Shown: positions 16,992-27,757 of the stretch, in pieces
Layout of the letters: the number at the start of each line of letters is the position of its first letter
How positions within the stretch are numbered: the first letter of the stretch is position 1
NCBI GenBank assembly: GCA_965237675.1
Contig: OZ250150.1
Coordinates: 2,144,001 to 2,208,000 of the forward strand
DNA length: 64,000 bases
Direction: 5' to 3'
DNA from: Candidatus Latescibacterota bacterium
GTDB taxonomy: Bacteria > Latescibacterota > UBA2968 > GCA-2709665
Program-made: the position numbers and the translations under genes
The notes under the pieces: generated by a model
What the model was told of the DNA's origin: nothing
Seen by the model: only the letters and a program-made list of their open reading frames with translations
Database searches by the model: none

Positions 16992-18281
16992 GTGCACAAC
17001 CGTTCGAGAGCGTTATTCGAAGCGGCGCAACGGGTGATTCCGGGCGGGGTGAACAGCCCGGCGCGGGCGTTCGGTCCGGTGGGCGGCCAGCCGCTTTTTA
17101 TAACGCGAGGACGCGGGTCGAAGGTATACGATGCGGACGGACAGGAATATATCGACTACGTCTGCTCGTGGGGTCCGTTGATTCTGGGTCATGCGCCTCC
17201 AGGCGTGGTCGAGGCGCTCAAGCGAATCTGCGAGCAGGGTACCAGTTTTGGGGCGCCCACGGAAATCGAAGTCAAAATGGCCAGGCTGGTCGTCGACCTC
17301 GTGCCCGGTGTGGAAATGGTGCGCATGGTGAACTCCGGCACGGAGGCCACGATGTCCGCCGTGCGCCTGGCCAGGGGATATACCGGCCGCGAGAAGGTGA
17401 TCAAGTTCGAGGGGTGCTGGCACGGGCACGCGGACAGTTTCTTGATTCGGGCGGGGTCATCCGCGCTTACTATGGGCGTGCCCAGCAGCCCGGGCGTTAC
17501 CGCCGGCACGGCTGCAGGCACCCTAACCGCGCCCTACAACGATCTGGAGGCGGTAAAGCGGATCGCAGCGGAGAACCCGGACGAAATCGCGGCGATTATC
17601 GTGGAGCCGGTGGCCGGCAATATGGGCGTGATTCCGCCGGTCGAGGGTTTCCTCGAAGGGTTGCGCGAACTCACCGCCAGGTCGGGCATTGTGCTGATTT
17701 TCGACGAAGTGATTACCGGATTCCGGGTTCATCCGGGCGGCGCGCAGGCCCTCTACGGGATCACACCCGATCTGACCACGCTCGGAAAAATAATCGGCGG
17801 AGGGTTGCCGGTGGGTGCATTCGGCGGCAGGCGGGAGATTATGTCGCATATATCGCCACTGGGAAAAGGGGTATCGCAGGCCGGGACGCTTTCCGGAAAT
17901 CCCCTTGCGATGACGGCCGGTTACGAGACGCTCAGGCAACTCCGGGAACCGGGCGCGTATGAGGCCCTCGAGGGCAAAGCCGCTGCGCTGGAAGCCGGTT
18001 TCCGGGAAAACCTCAGGTCGCTTGGGTTGCCGTTTCGCCTGAACCGGGTCGGGTCCATGATGACCCTGTTTTTTACGGACCGTCCCCCGTCACGATACGA
18101 AGCCGCCGTGGCATGCGACCAGGAGGCCTTCGCACGTTACTTCCGGCGAATGCTGAAACAGGGCGTGTATCTGGCACCCTCCCAGTTTGAAGCGACGTTT
18201 GTTTCGCTGGCGCATACCGATGAGGATATCGACCGAACGGTTAAAGCCCATTACACGGCCCTGAAAGAATGCGCAGCCTGA
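16992..18281 (+). CDS. hemL: Glutamate-1-semialdehyde 2,1-aminomutase
   Basis: [58 protein letters not shown]. Confidence 0.96.
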   Translation: MHNRSRALFEAAQRVIPGGVNSPARAFGPVGGQPLFITRGRGSKVYDADGQEYIDYVCSWGPLILGHAPPGVVEALKRICEQGTSFGAPTEIEVKMARLVVDLVPGVEMVRMVNSGTEATMSAVRLARGYTGREKVIKFEGCWHGHADSFLIRAGSSALTMGVPSSPGVTAGTAAGTLTAPYNDLEAVKRIAAENPDEIAAIIVEPVAGNMGVIPPVEGFLEGLRELTARSGIVLIFDEVITGFRVHPGGAQALYGITPDLTTLGKIIGGGLPVGAFGGRREIMSHISPLGKGVSQAGTLSGNPLAMTAGYETLRQLREPGAYEALEGKAAALEAGFRENLRSLGLPFRLNRVGSMMTLFFTDRPPSRYEAAVACDQEAFARYFRRMLKQGVYLAPSQFEATFVSLAHTDEDIDRTVKAHYTALKECAA

Positions 18282-18733
18282 GTGTAATTCTTCTATTGTT
18301 GCTCGGGTTGTCGGGTTGCGGCGGCGACAGCGAACATTTTACGCGGCTTCGATCCGGTACGGCGCAAGAGCGCGAGGATGCAGCGGCCTATCTGGGCGCG
18401 CGTCGCATGGCCGGGGCGGTTCCCCATTTGCGCCAGGCGCTGAGGGATCCGGTTCCCGAGGTGCGCGCGAAAGCGATCTGGGCCCTCGGGATGCTGGGCG
18501 CCAGGGAAGCGCTGCCCGATCTGTTACTTTTCCTGACAGACAGAAGCCGCCGTTTACGCCAGCAGGCAGTGGTCGCGATTATGCATATCGAACAGCCGGA
18601 GGCCATTGCCGTTCTGGAACTGGCGATGCAGACAGAGAGAGACCCGTGGGTCAGGAGCGATCTGGCCAGGGCAATAGAGCATCTCAAGCAGTTTGTGGGT
18701 GAATCGGACGTTGCGGAGGGCGCATTTAGGTGA
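18269..18733 (+). CDS. HEAT-repeat lipoprotein
   Basis: Lipobox LSGC after a hydrophobic stretch; repeats such as [25 protein letters not shown]. Confidence 0.75.
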   Translation: MRSLSVILLLLLGLSGCGGDSEHFTRLRSGTAQEREDAAAYLGARRMAGAVPHLRQALRDPVPEVRAKAIWALGMLGAREALPDLLLFLTDRSRRLRQQAVVAIMHIEQPEAIAVLELAMQTERDPWVRSDLARAIEHLKQFVGESDVAEGAFR

Positions 18734-18777
18734 GTGTGTTTTGCGCCAGGCCGACAGGCTCGCCTCGACAAGCGCGT

Positions 18778-18868
18778 TTCGACAAGCTCAACGCAAGCAA
18801 CGCAAGCAACGCAAGCAACGCAAGCAACGCAAGCAGCGCAGGCAACGCAGGCACTTCGACAGGCTCAG
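18778..18868. repeat. 9-bp tandem repeat (CAACGCAAG x5 plus 2 variants) flanked by TTCGACARGCTCA motifs
   Basis: Units at 18789-18851; flanks TTCGACAAGCTCA (18778) and TTCGACAGGCTCA (18855). Confidence 0.9.
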
Positions 18869-18951
18869 TGTAAACAACGGAGCGAGACGGGATGAACCGG
18901 CGGATGAATAGTGACAGTTTTCCGGGACAGAACCATAGGGGCATTGTGCAT

Positions 18952-21126
18952 ATGAAAAGGTGGCTGGAACCTCGCATTCTTGCGGCCTGCCTGATCGGCG
19001 GCCTTCATGTTGCATCGTCGAATACTTCCACGGCCTCGGACTGGACGCACTGGCGCGGTCCGATGCAGACCGGTGCTTCTTCGCACAGCGGCCTGATCTC
19101 CAGTTGGACTCCGGATGGAGAGAATCTGGTCTGGCGTTCGGAGTTTATCTGCCGGTCCACGCCGGTGATTCTGAACGGGCGGGTATATGTGATCGGAAGA
19201 ACCGGCGAAGGGGTAAGCCGGCAGGAACACGTTGCCTGTTTTGACGCGCAAGACGGCAGGCTGGTATGGGAGCGCAAGTTCAATGTATGGCATTCCACCA
19301 TCACGTTCAACCGCCTGGGCTGGGCGAATCTTGGCGCCGACGGGGAAACCGGCAATGTGTACGCGCACCTCGTTAACGGTCTGCTGGTGTGTTTCGACCG
19401 TGACGGCGGGATCCTGTGGACCCGGTCGTTGACAGAGGAGTTCAACAGGTTTTCGGGCTACGGAGGCAGGCTGCATACGCCCGTGGTAGACGGAGACCTG
19501 GTTGTCATCAGCATGGGCAACCGAGGTTGGGCGGACCGCCCGCCCTCCCACCGGTACATGGCCTTCGACAAGCGGACTGGAGAGACCGTTTGGATGGCGC
19601 GGCCGGGCGGGGGCGGGCAGGCCGACCTGACCGTATATTCCACGCCGATATCCACGACTATCGACGGCCAGCGGTTATTGATCGCCGGCAACGGAAACGG
19701 AGGCATTTTTGCCTTCAAGGCGGGGACGGGTGAAGTGGTATGGGGGTTCCCGCTGAGCAAGCGGGGTATCAACACCTCTCCGGTCGCGAGTAACAATCGC
19801 GTATACGCGACCCACAGCGAAGAAAACGAGGACAATACCACGATGGGTCGTGTGGTATGCATCGACGGGGGAACGGGGAAGGAGATCTGGCGCCGGGATG
19901 GGATCACGGCGGGGTATGCTTCCCCCGCGCTCCACGCGGGGCGTTTGTACGTTATCGACAATTCGGCAAATGTGCACTGCATGGACGCGGAGACCGGGCG
20001 AATATACTGGGAGCAGAATATCGGCACGGTGGGAAGGGGCTCTCCCACGTGGGCCGACGGTAAACTGTACGTCACGGAAGTCAACGGCGGATTCCGGATT
20101 CTCGAGGTGGAGGACGCGGGCGCGCAGGTACTGGATGAGAAGAAGATTGCGATGCCCGGCGGGAGGCTCGCGGAAATCTACGGTTCGGTCGCCGTCGCAT
20201 ACGGTCGAGTCTACTTCGCAACCGAGGCGGGGTTGTTCTGTCTGGGAGACAGGGATGCGGCGTTCACGCCCGCGTCCACACCGTTTGTGAGACACCCGCG
20301 CGCACCGGACGGCGTCGAACCGGCCTCGCTTCTGGTCGTCCCCGCCGAGAAAACACTGGCGTCGGACGAGGCGCTCCCCCTGAGCGCCCGGGCGTACGAC
20401 GATCGGGGGCGGTTGATTGGGGAGGTCGACGTGGAATGGTCCCTCGAAGGACTGGCCGGGCGTTTTGAGAACGGGCGGTTTACGCCGGCGAAACACGGAC
20501 AGGCCGGGTGGGTGGTTGCCACCTCCGGGGGGCTGACCGCACGGGCATGGGTGCGGGTGGTACCCGATCCGCCCTGGACAGAGGACTTTGAGGGGATCCC
20601 CGCGGGTAAGAATCCGCGCCACTGGGTGTGGGGCGGCAGGGGGTTCCGGGTCGAGGAACAGGATGGAAACAAGGTTCTGGTGAAACCGCCGGCGGCGCGC
20701 GGTCTGGACCGTTCCAATCTGTACATCGGACCGCCTGATATGAAGGGATATACCCTCCAGGCCGATCTGATGGGGGGACGGCGCAGGCGCTGGCGTCCGG
20801 ACATGGGCCTGATCGCGCACCGATACATCCTGGACCTGCAGGGTGCTTACCAGCGGCTGGAAGTCCGGTCCTGGTCCTCGGATCTGCGGATGGTAAGACG
20901 CGTCGACTTCGCATGGGATCCCGACGTCTGGTATACGATGAAGATGAGGGTGGATATCGAGGGCGGTCGGGCTGTGGTCCGCGGCAAAGTGTGGAAACGG
21001 GGCGACCCGGAGCCCAACGCCTGGACGATCGCGGCGGAGGATCCGCTACCCATACGGGAAGGCAGTCCGGGACTTTACGGGTACTCGCCGGCGAACATCT
21101 ATTATGACAATGTGAGCGTGTATTGA
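18952..21126 (+). CDS. Exported PQQ-binding-like (BamB-like) beta-propeller protein with extra C-terminal beta-rich domains
   Basis: Signal peptide, DWTHWRGP, repeated D..TG..VW and SP motifs. Confidence 0.85.
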   Translation: MKRWLEPRILAACLIGGLHVASSNTSTASDWTHWRGPMQTGASSHSGLISSWTPDGENLVWRSEFICRSTPVILNGRVYVIGRTGEGVSRQEHVACFDAQDGRLVWERKFNVWHSTITFNRLGWANLGADGETGNVYAHLVNGLLVCFDRDGGILWTRSLTEEFNRFSGYGGRLHTPVVDGDLVVISMGNRGWADRPPSHRYMAFDKRTGETVWMARPGGGGQADLTVYSTPISTTIDGQRLLIAGNGNGGIFAFKAGTGEVVWGFPLSKRGINTSPVASNNRVYATHSEENEDNTTMGRVVCIDGGTGKEIWRRDGITAGYASPALHAGRLYVIDNSANVHCMDAETGRIYWEQNIGTVGRGSPTWADGKLYVTEVNGGFRILEVEDAGAQVLDEKKIAMPGGRLAEIYGSVAVAYGRVYFATEAGLFCLGDRDAAFTPASTPFVRHPRAPDGVEPASLLVVPAEKTLASDEALPLSARAYDDRGRLIGEVDVEWSLEGLAGRFENGRFTPAKHGQAGWVVATSGGLTARAWVRVVPDPPWTEDFEGIPAGKNPRHWVWGGRGFRVEEQDGNKVLVKPPAARGLDRSNLYIGPPDMKGYTLQADLMGGRRRRWRPDMGLIAHRYILDLQGAYQRLEVRSWSSDLRMVRRVDFAWDPDVWYTMKMRVDIEGGRAVVRGKVWKRGDPEPNAWTIAAEDPLPIREGSPGLYGYSPANIYYDNVSVY

Positions 21127-21169
21127 AGTGTCCAACATCGAACGCAGACTTCCGGAGAGAAAGACACCG

Positions 21170-22597
21170 ATGAAATCGAGATGGGTTATAGGCGGCGCCG
21201 TGATTGTGATCTGGGCGGTTTCGGGCGCGGGCGCGCAGGAGACCTCGATGTGGGGATTCACACCCTCACGAAACCTGGTATCGGATGAAAAGAACCTGCC
21301 AACGGATTGGAATCCGATCACCGGCAAGAATATTAAATGGAAGGCTGCCCTCGGCTCCCAGTCGTACGCCGGGCCCGTACTGCTGGGCGGCAAGGTGTTT
21401 GTGGGGACGAACAACCGCGGCGAACGCAATCCCGATATCAAGGGCGACCGCGGCGTGGTGATGGCGTTCCGGGAATCCGATGGTAAGTTCCTGTGGCAGG
21501 CGGCCCATCCGAAGCTGCCCGCCGGAAGGGTGAACGACTGGCCGCTGCAGGGGATCTGCTCCACGCCCTTTGTCCAGGGCCAGCGTCTGTACTATGTTTC
21601 CAACCAGGGCCGCGTGGTCTGCGCGGATACGGAGGGTTTTCTGGACTCGGAAAACGACGGGCCGTATCAGGGCGAAGACGTGACCGGGAAGGTTGGCGTG
21701 GATATTGTCTGGGAATACGACATGATGGAAGAGCTGGATGTATTCCCGCACAATCTGGCCACGTGTTCGCCCGCCGGCGCGGACGGCCTGCTATTCGTGA
21801 TTACCAGCAATGGCGTGGATGAAGGCCACGTTGCCATCCCTTCACCGCTTGCGCCCAGTTTTATCGCCCTCAGCTTGATAACCGGGGAACTCGTCTGGGA
21901 GAAGGCCTATCCCGGTACGAATATCCTGCACGGGCAGTGGTCGAACCCGGCTTACGGAATGATCAACGGAGAACCCCAGGTCGTCTTACCGGGAGGGGAC
22001 GGATGGATCTATGCCGTGGCGCCGAAGACGGGCGAATTGATCTGGAAGTTTGATTGTAATCCCAAGGATTCCGAGTGGGCGCTTGGCGGGCGGGGCACCC
22101 GCAACGCGGTAATCGCCACACCGGTGATATACGACAACAAGGTCTATATCGGCGTGGGACAGGATCCCGAGCACGGCGAGGGGATGGGGCATCTGTGGGC
22201 GATTGACGCAACCGGTAAGGGCGATGTTACCGAAACCCACATGGTCTGGCATTTGGGAGACAAGGATTTCAACCGGACGATGTCGACGGTTGCCATACAC
22301 GATGGGTTGCTGTATGCGGCGGACCTGAGCGGATTCGTCTATTGTCTTGACCTGAAGACAGGAAAGCCGCACTGGACCTACGATGCCTACGCCGCCATCT
22401 GGGGGTCACCCTTTGTGGTCGATGGCAAGGTATACATTGGCGATGAAGACGGCGACGTGATGATCTTCAAGGCCTCGGCAGCGTTCGAGAAGATCAACGA
22501 AGTCAATATGGGCAGCGCCGTATACACCACGCCGGTCGCAAAAGACGGGGTGCTGTACATCGGAACCCGCAATACGCTGTACGCGATAACGCAATAG
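21170..22597 (+). CDS. Exported PQQ-binding-like beta-propeller protein
   Basis: Signal peptide, WGFTPSRN, NIKWKAALGSQSY, KTGELIWKFD, WGSP repeats. Confidence 0.85.
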   Translation: MKSRWVIGGAVIVIWAVSGAGAQETSMWGFTPSRNLVSDEKNLPTDWNPITGKNIKWKAALGSQSYAGPVLLGGKVFVGTNNRGERNPDIKGDRGVVMAFRESDGKFLWQAAHPKLPAGRVNDWPLQGICSTPFVQGQRLYYVSNQGRVVCADTEGFLDSENDGPYQGEDVTGKVGVDIVWEYDMMEELDVFPHNLATCSPAGADGLLFVITSNGVDEGHVAIPSPLAPSFIALSLITGELVWEKAYPGTNILHGQWSNPAYGMINGEPQVVLPGGDGWIYAVAPKTGELIWKFDCNPKDSEWALGGRGTRNAVIATPVIYDNKVYIGVGQDPEHGEGMGHLWAIDATGKGDVTETHMVWHLGDKDFNRTMSTVAIHDGLLYAADLSGFVYCLDLKTGKPHWTYDAYAAIWGSPFVVDGKVYIGDEDGDVMIFKASAAFEKINEVNMGSAVYTTPVAKDGVLYIGTRNTLYAITQ

Positions 22598-22706
22598 AGG
22601 CCGCGGAACGCCCGGCGCCACCGATGCGGAGTGGCATGTTCCCTGGCGCACGGGGTGACTCGCCAGGCGCTTGGCCCGTCAGGCCGGATTCGACCCGTGA
22701 GGTCTG

Positions 22707-22869
22707 GTGTCCTGTTCCGAAAATATCTTACCATTCTCCCGCCGATTCATCCCGCCTGGCTGCGTTGCCTTCGCTCGCCGACCTTGCGTAGGTGGCCTGC
22801 GCTCTGGCGCCTTGCCAGCCGGGCGACTCGTCAGCCGAATTCAAGCAACCTATTTCCGGGACAGGACAC
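22707..22869. mobile_element. MITE-like element, 163 bp
   Basis: 19-bp terminal inverted repeats with 2 mismatches: GTGTCCTGTTCCGAAAATA / TATTTCCGGGACAGGACAC. Confidence 0.7.
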
Positions 22870-22872
22870 AAG

Positions 22873-23607
22873 ATGCCGTTGAAGAAGAAGGTGATTCTGG
22901 TAACCGGCGGGGCCTCAGGCATCGGCCGCGCCGCTTCGCTTTGTTGCGCCCGGGACGGCGCTCGCGTGGGGGTCGCGGATTGCGACGGGGACGGCGTTGC
23001 GTCAACGGTTAGCGAAATCGAGGGACAGGGGGGTTCCGCACGGGGTTTCGAGGTGGACGTACGGGTGGAGGCGGGGGTTCGGGCGATGGTGAAGGACGTG
23101 GCCGGCGCGTTCGGACGGATCGACGGACTGATTCATTCCGCTGGCATTCTGGAAGGCGCGCTGGTCCCCGTCGATCTGTTCGAAGAGGAGACCTGGGATC
23201 GGGTGGTCGACGTGAATTTGAAGGGAAGTTTTCTGATGTGCAAGTATGTGGCGCCGGTTCTGGAGCGGTCCGGCGGCGGGGTGCTCGTGCTGATGTCTTC
23301 CGGCGCCGGCGTGCGGGGAGGCAGTTCGTCTGCGGCATACGGATCGAGCAAAGGCGGGGTGCACGGGCTCTCTCTGGTGCTCGCGCCGCAACTGGCCTCC
23401 AGGGGAATCCGGGTGCATGCGTTGTGTCCCGGGAGCCTTGAGACGCCGTTGAAGATGGGTGTGTTGAAGAAACAGGCGAGTCTGGAGGGGCGGTCCCTGG
23501 AGGAGATGAGACAGGGTCTGGGAGATCCGGAGGGTGTGGGAAAGGTGCTGGCGTTTCTGGTTTCGGAAGATGCGGACTACGTGAGGGGTACCGTCTTTAC
23601 AAGATGA
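22873..23607 (+). CDS. Short-chain dehydrogenase/reductase
   Basis: TGGASGIG, HSAG, VNLKG, YGSSK catalytic motif. Confidence 0.92.
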   Translation: MPLKKKVILVTGGASGIGRAASLCCARDGARVGVADCDGDGVASTVSEIEGQGGSARGFEVDVRVEAGVRAMVKDVAGAFGRIDGLIHSAGILEGALVPVDLFEEETWDRVVDVNLKGSFLMCKYVAPVLERSGGGVLVLMSSGAGVRGGSSSAAYGSSKGGVHGLSLVLAPQLASRGIRVHALCPGSLETPLKMGVLKKQASLEGRSLEEMRQGLGDPEGVGKVLAFLVSEDADYVRGTVFTR

Positions 23608-23728
23608 CTTGCGGGTGGCCCGCGGTTCCGACCGCGCGGACGTCGAGGCCGCGCGAATCGATGAAACGAAAACAAGGTCCTGGTGCTACCGGGGAGAGAA
23701 TCGACAAAAGGGGAAAGCGAGGTAACGA

Positions 23729-25012
23729 ATGCAGCGCACGATGAAAATCGCGCTGATCGGCGCGGGGATGTTCGGCGGGGACGTGCATGCCAGGGCGTTC
23801 GCCGATCTGCAGCGGATGGGAATCAGTGGAAATCTGGGACGGGTCGGGTTGGACCGGTGGGCGCGGGACCTGGCCGATATACAGTTCGATCTGGTGGCCG
23901 TGGCCACACGGTCGCAGGCGTCGGCGGAACGTGCGCGGGATAATTTTAAAGCTTCCACGGGGCGCGAGCCAGGAACGTACTGGGGAGAAAAGCCGTGGGA
24001 AGACGTGCTGCGCGATTTTCCCGACCTCGACGTCATGGCGGTGGTCACGCCGGATCATCTGCATACCGAGGTGACGCTGGCCGCGCTCCGGAACGGGACG
24101 CACGTGGTGATGGAGAAACCGATGTGCCTGTCGATCGAGGAGGCGGACGAGATCATCGACGTGGCCGACGAGAAGGGGCTGGTGGTCTGTGTGGATATGC
24201 ACAAGCGATACGATCCGGATCATCTGCGCGTCCAGCACGATCTGTCCACGCGGATCGGAGAGCCGCTCTACGGGCAGGCCGTGCTCGAAGAGCCGCTGGA
24301 GGTGTCCACGAGCACGTTCAAGTGGGCGGAGCAGAGCGATCCGTTCAGTTATGTCGGTCCACACTGGGTCGACCTGATTTACAACTATTTCAGGAGCAAA
24401 CCCGTCGCGCTATCCGCGGTCGGACAGAAGAAGCGGCTGGTTCGGGACGGGATCAACGCCTACGACGCGGTTCAGGTGCGCGTGGAATTCGATAACGGTA
24501 TGAGCATCTATTTCCACAATAATTGGATAACGCCCGATGATTTCGAGGGCCCCGTGAATCAGGGCCATGAAATTGTGGGCACCGACGGCAAGGTGGAGTC
24601 GGACCAGCAGTACCGGGGTCTTCGTTTCTGGTACGACGGGGGCGGCAGCCGTACGGTGAACAATCATATGACCCGCGACGTCAGGCGTCCGGACGGCTCG
24701 GATGCGTATATCGGATACGGCGTGGACAGCATCACGGTGGGGCTGGTTGCCGCCTGCCGGATCAAGTTTCTGGGGGAGACGCGGGAGGACGTGGACGGGA
24801 TCTATCCGACGGCGGCGGATGGGCGGATTACGGTCGCGATTGTGGATGCGGCAAGACGGGTACGGGATCTGAATTTCAAATATCTGCATGAAGGCAAGGG
24901 GACGCCGGTGACGGCGCGGTTCGGGGAGGACGGCATCACCATTATCGATCCGAACCGGATTGACGAGGGCCCGGAAGCCGTATTCCAGCGAATTTACGAA
25001 AAGCCAATATAG
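23729..25012 (+). CDS. Gfo/Idh/MocA family oxidoreductase
   Basis: KIALIGAGMFG, VTPDHLH, EKPM, HKRYDP. Confidence 0.88.
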   Translation: MQRTMKIALIGAGMFGGDVHARAFADLQRMGISGNLGRVGLDRWARDLADIQFDLVAVATRSQASAERARDNFKASTGREPGTYWGEKPWEDVLRDFPDLDVMAVVTPDHLHTEVTLAALRNGTHVVMEKPMCLSIEEADEIIDVADEKGLVVCVDMHKRYDPDHLRVQHDLSTRIGEPLYGQAVLEEPLEVSTSTFKWAEQSDPFSYVGPHWVDLIYNYFRSKPVALSAVGQKKRLVRDGINAYDAVQVRVEFDNGMSIYFHNNWITPDDFEGPVNQGHEIVGTDGKVESDQQYRGLRFWYDGGGSRTVNNHMTRDVRRPDGSDAYIGYGVDSITVGLVAACRIKFLGETREDVDGIYPTAADGRITVAIVDAARRVRDLNFKYLHEGKGTPVTARFGEDGITIIDPNRIDEGPEAVFQRIYEKPI

Positions 25013-25098
25013 GGTCGGGGCGAAACGGGCCGTGAGACGCCGCGCCTTCAGGTTCGGGTGGCGCCTCGCCGCTCGTTATTCATTTTCAGGAGGATGCG

Positions 25099-26469
25099 AT
25101 GGGCAGGGAGTTCGATATCACACCCCGGGACGTTCCCCGCGTGGACACCAAATTCCGGCGAATCGTCTCCAAATTGCCGCATCCGGAGTCGGTTCCCGTG
25201 CTCGAGGCGCTTCGCACCTATGAGCCGACTTCGATGCGCGGACAACCGCCGGTCGTGTGGGATCGGGCTGAGGACGTCCAGGTCCACGACGGGTACGGGA
25301 ATATGTGGCTGGATTGGAGTTCCGGGGTGCTGGTGACGAATGCGGGCCACGGGATGCCGGAGGTGCGGAAGGCCATTCTGGATCAGGTCAATAGCGGACT
25401 CCTGCACAGCTACGTGTTCCCCAACGCCGCGAGGGCGGCGCTCGCCGAAACCCTCACGGGACTGGCGCCGGATGGGCTGGATAAGGTGTTTCTGCTGACC
25501 ACCGGTTCCGAGGCCACCGAGAATGCGATCAAACTGGCGCGCACCTGGGGAATGAGGCAGGGCGGGAGCCGCAAGGTCGGGATCGTGGGGTTTGAGCGTG
25601 GCTTTCACGGGCGCACGCTCGGGGCGCAGCAGGCCGGCGGGATGCCCGGACAGAAAGACTGGATCGTGAATGAGGATCCCGCCATTGTACAGGTTGCCTT
25701 TCCGGACGGATACTGGACGGAGAATACCGATTTCGACCACTTCTGCGCGACCCTGAACGAAAAAGGGATGAAGGCCGACGACGTGGCGGGGGTGATCGTG
25801 GAGACCTACCAGGGCGTCGGCCCGGACTTTCTCCCGGTGGAATATGCGCGAGCCCTGGCCGAATGGTGCCGGGCGCACGGGGCTCTGCTGATATTCGACG
25901 AGGTGCAGGCGGGGTTCGGACGAACCGGAAAAATGTGGGGGTTCGAGCACTACGGCGTCACACCGGATCTGATCACATTCGGGAAGGGCGTGAGCAGTTC
26001 CCTGCCTCTGTCGGGCGTGATCGGCCGGACGGAAGTGATGGATCAATACCCGCCCGGATCCATGACCAGCACGCATACCGGCAATCCGGTCTGCGCGGCG
26101 GCGGCGCTGGCCAGCTTGAAGAAAATCGTGGAGGACGACCTGCCGGGCAATGCCGCCCGGCTGGAGGCGGTGATGATGGACGGGTTGCGCGCGATTCAGG
26201 CCCGTCATCCGCTCGTGATCGGCAATTGCACGGGCAAGGGGCTGGTCGCGGGGTTGCAGATAGTCAAACCGGGTCTGAAGGAGCCCGACCCGGATCTGGC
26301 CTTCGACGTGGTCGAACGCTGTTTTCACAAGGGGCTGCTGTTTTTCGCGCCGGTGGGATCCTGGGGGCAGACGGTGAAGATCTCTCCGCCGCTGACCATT
26401 ACCGAGGAAGCGGTGGCCGAAGGCCTGGCGGTGCTGAGCGAGTCGGTGGACGAGGCGGTCGGAAGTTAA
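25099..26469 (+). CDS. Class III PLP-dependent aminotransferase
   Basis: TGSEATENAIKLA, FHGRT, IFDEVQAGFGRTG, FGKG. Confidence 0.92.
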   Translation: MGREFDITPRDVPRVDTKFRRIVSKLPHPESVPVLEALRTYEPTSMRGQPPVVWDRAEDVQVHDGYGNMWLDWSSGVLVTNAGHGMPEVRKAILDQVNSGLLHSYVFPNAARAALAETLTGLAPDGLDKVFLLTTGSEATENAIKLARTWGMRQGGSRKVGIVGFERGFHGRTLGAQQAGGMPGQKDWIVNEDPAIVQVAFPDGYWTENTDFDHFCATLNEKGMKADDVAGVIVETYQGVGPDFLPVEYARALAEWCRAHGALLIFDEVQAGFGRTGKMWGFEHYGVTPDLITFGKGVSSSLPLSGVIGRTEVMDQYPPGSMTSTHTGNPVCAAAALASLKKIVEDDLPGNAARLEAVMMDGLRAIQARHPLVIGNCTGKGLVAGLQIVKPGLKEPDPDLAFDVVERCFHKGLLFFAPVGSWGQTVKISPPLTITEEAVAEGLAVLSESVDEAVGS

Positions 26470-26567
26470 ACGGCGGGAAGCCGTTCCGAAAACATTGGGG
26501 ATGATCCACTCGGAAAGGCGGGCGGCCGGTATCGTCGCTCGCATTTTTCCTGTACGGAGGAACGTCA

Positions 26568-27755
26568 ATGGATTTGCACGAGAAGTACCGGTTGACTCGT
26601 GTTATCAACGCCTGTGGCAAAATGACGCACCTGGCGGGGGCGATCGTGTTGCCCGAAGTGGTTGAAGAGGTGACGCACGCTATGGGGCGCTTCTACGACC
26701 TGGATGAACTCCAGGAGCGCGCGGGTGAGGTGATCGCGCGCGCCACGGGCGCTCAGTGGGGGTGCGTGACCGCATGCACGGCTGCCGGCATATCGCTGGG
26801 GGTGGCGGCGACGATGACCGGAAACGACCTCGGCCGGGTCTGGCAACTTCCGGACACAACCGGGATGGCCAACGAGGTTGTGATTCAGAAGGGCCACGCG
26901 GTGAACTTTGGCGCACCGGTGACGCAGATGATCCGGCTGGCCGGCGCCGTCGCCGTGGAGATCGGGACGGTGCACCGTTCGACCGAGGAGCACCTGAGGC
27001 ACGCCATCGGAGACCGTACGGCGGCGGTGGTATTCGTGGTCTCGCACCATACCGTCCGGTACGGCGCCCTGCCCCTGACGCGGGTGGTCGAGATCGCGCA
27101 CGAGTACGGCGTCCCCGTGATCGTCGACGGGGCGGCGCAATCGTTTCTGATCAGAAAGATCGTGGACACTGGGGCGGGCCTGGTAATCTGCAGCGGCCAC
27201 AAGTATCTCTCCGGCACCACGGCCGGCGTGGTCTGCGGACGGGAGGATCTGGTGCGGGCGCTGAACCTTCAGAACCGGGGGATCGGGAGGCCGATGAAGG
27301 TGGGCAAGGAGGGAATCGTGGGTGCGATGGCGGCGCTGGAGTACCGGATGCGATTGGATGTGGGGGGCTGGGAGGCGGAGCAGAACCGGAAGATGAACCG
27401 GGTCATGGCGCGCCTCGACGGCATCGACGGTATCGGTCTCAGCGTGGACGCCGACCCCAACGGCAATCCATTCAGCCGCGCGCGTGTCACGGTGGACGCG
27501 GAGAAAACCGGATTGAGCGCTGCCGTGATCAGCCTCGCGATGATCGAGGGTGATCCGTCCATCCGGCTTCGCGCGCACCATACGGATGAGGGATATTTCA
27601 CCGTGGACGCGATGGAGATGACGGATGAAGAGGTGGAATTGACGTGCGATCGGCTGGTGGGGCTGCTCTTGGCGGGGCCTGCCGAAAAAGCGCAGCTGAT
27701 GGAAAGATTCGGCGACGAGGCCACGGTGGCCGCGGAATGGTCCTGGCTGCGCTGA
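26568..27755 (+). CDS. SelA-like/DgaE-family PLP-dependent enzyme
   Basis: RVINACGKMTHLAG, VIVDGAA, SGHK, GIGRPMKVGKEGIVG. Confidence 0.82.
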   Translation: MDLHEKYRLTRVINACGKMTHLAGAIVLPEVVEEVTHAMGRFYDLDELQERAGEVIARATGAQWGCVTACTAAGISLGVAATMTGNDLGRVWQLPDTTGMANEVVIQKGHAVNFGAPVTQMIRLAGAVAVEIGTVHRSTEEHLRHAIGDRTAAVVFVVSHHTVRYGALPLTRVVEIAHEYGVPVIVDGAAQSFLIRKIVDTGAGLVICSGHKYLSGTTAGVVCGREDLVRALNLQNRGIGRPMKVGKEGIVGAMAALEYRMRLDVGGWEAEQNRKMNRVMARLDGIDGIGLSVDADPNGNPFSRARVTVDAEKTGLSAAVISLAMIEGDPSIRLRAHHTDEGYFTVDAMEMTDEEVELTCDRLVGLLLAGPAEKAQLMERFGDEATVAAEWSWLR

Positions 27756-27757
27756 CT

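Noticed and set aside
18693-19015. ORFs with QRKQRK / LRCLRC repeats
   Set aside because: They are translations of the intergenic 9-bp tandem repeat, with no other coding support
26568-27755. True selenocysteine synthase selA
   Set aside because: Lacks the SelA N-terminal domain, has no selB/selD context, and its motifs fit DgaE-like proteins better
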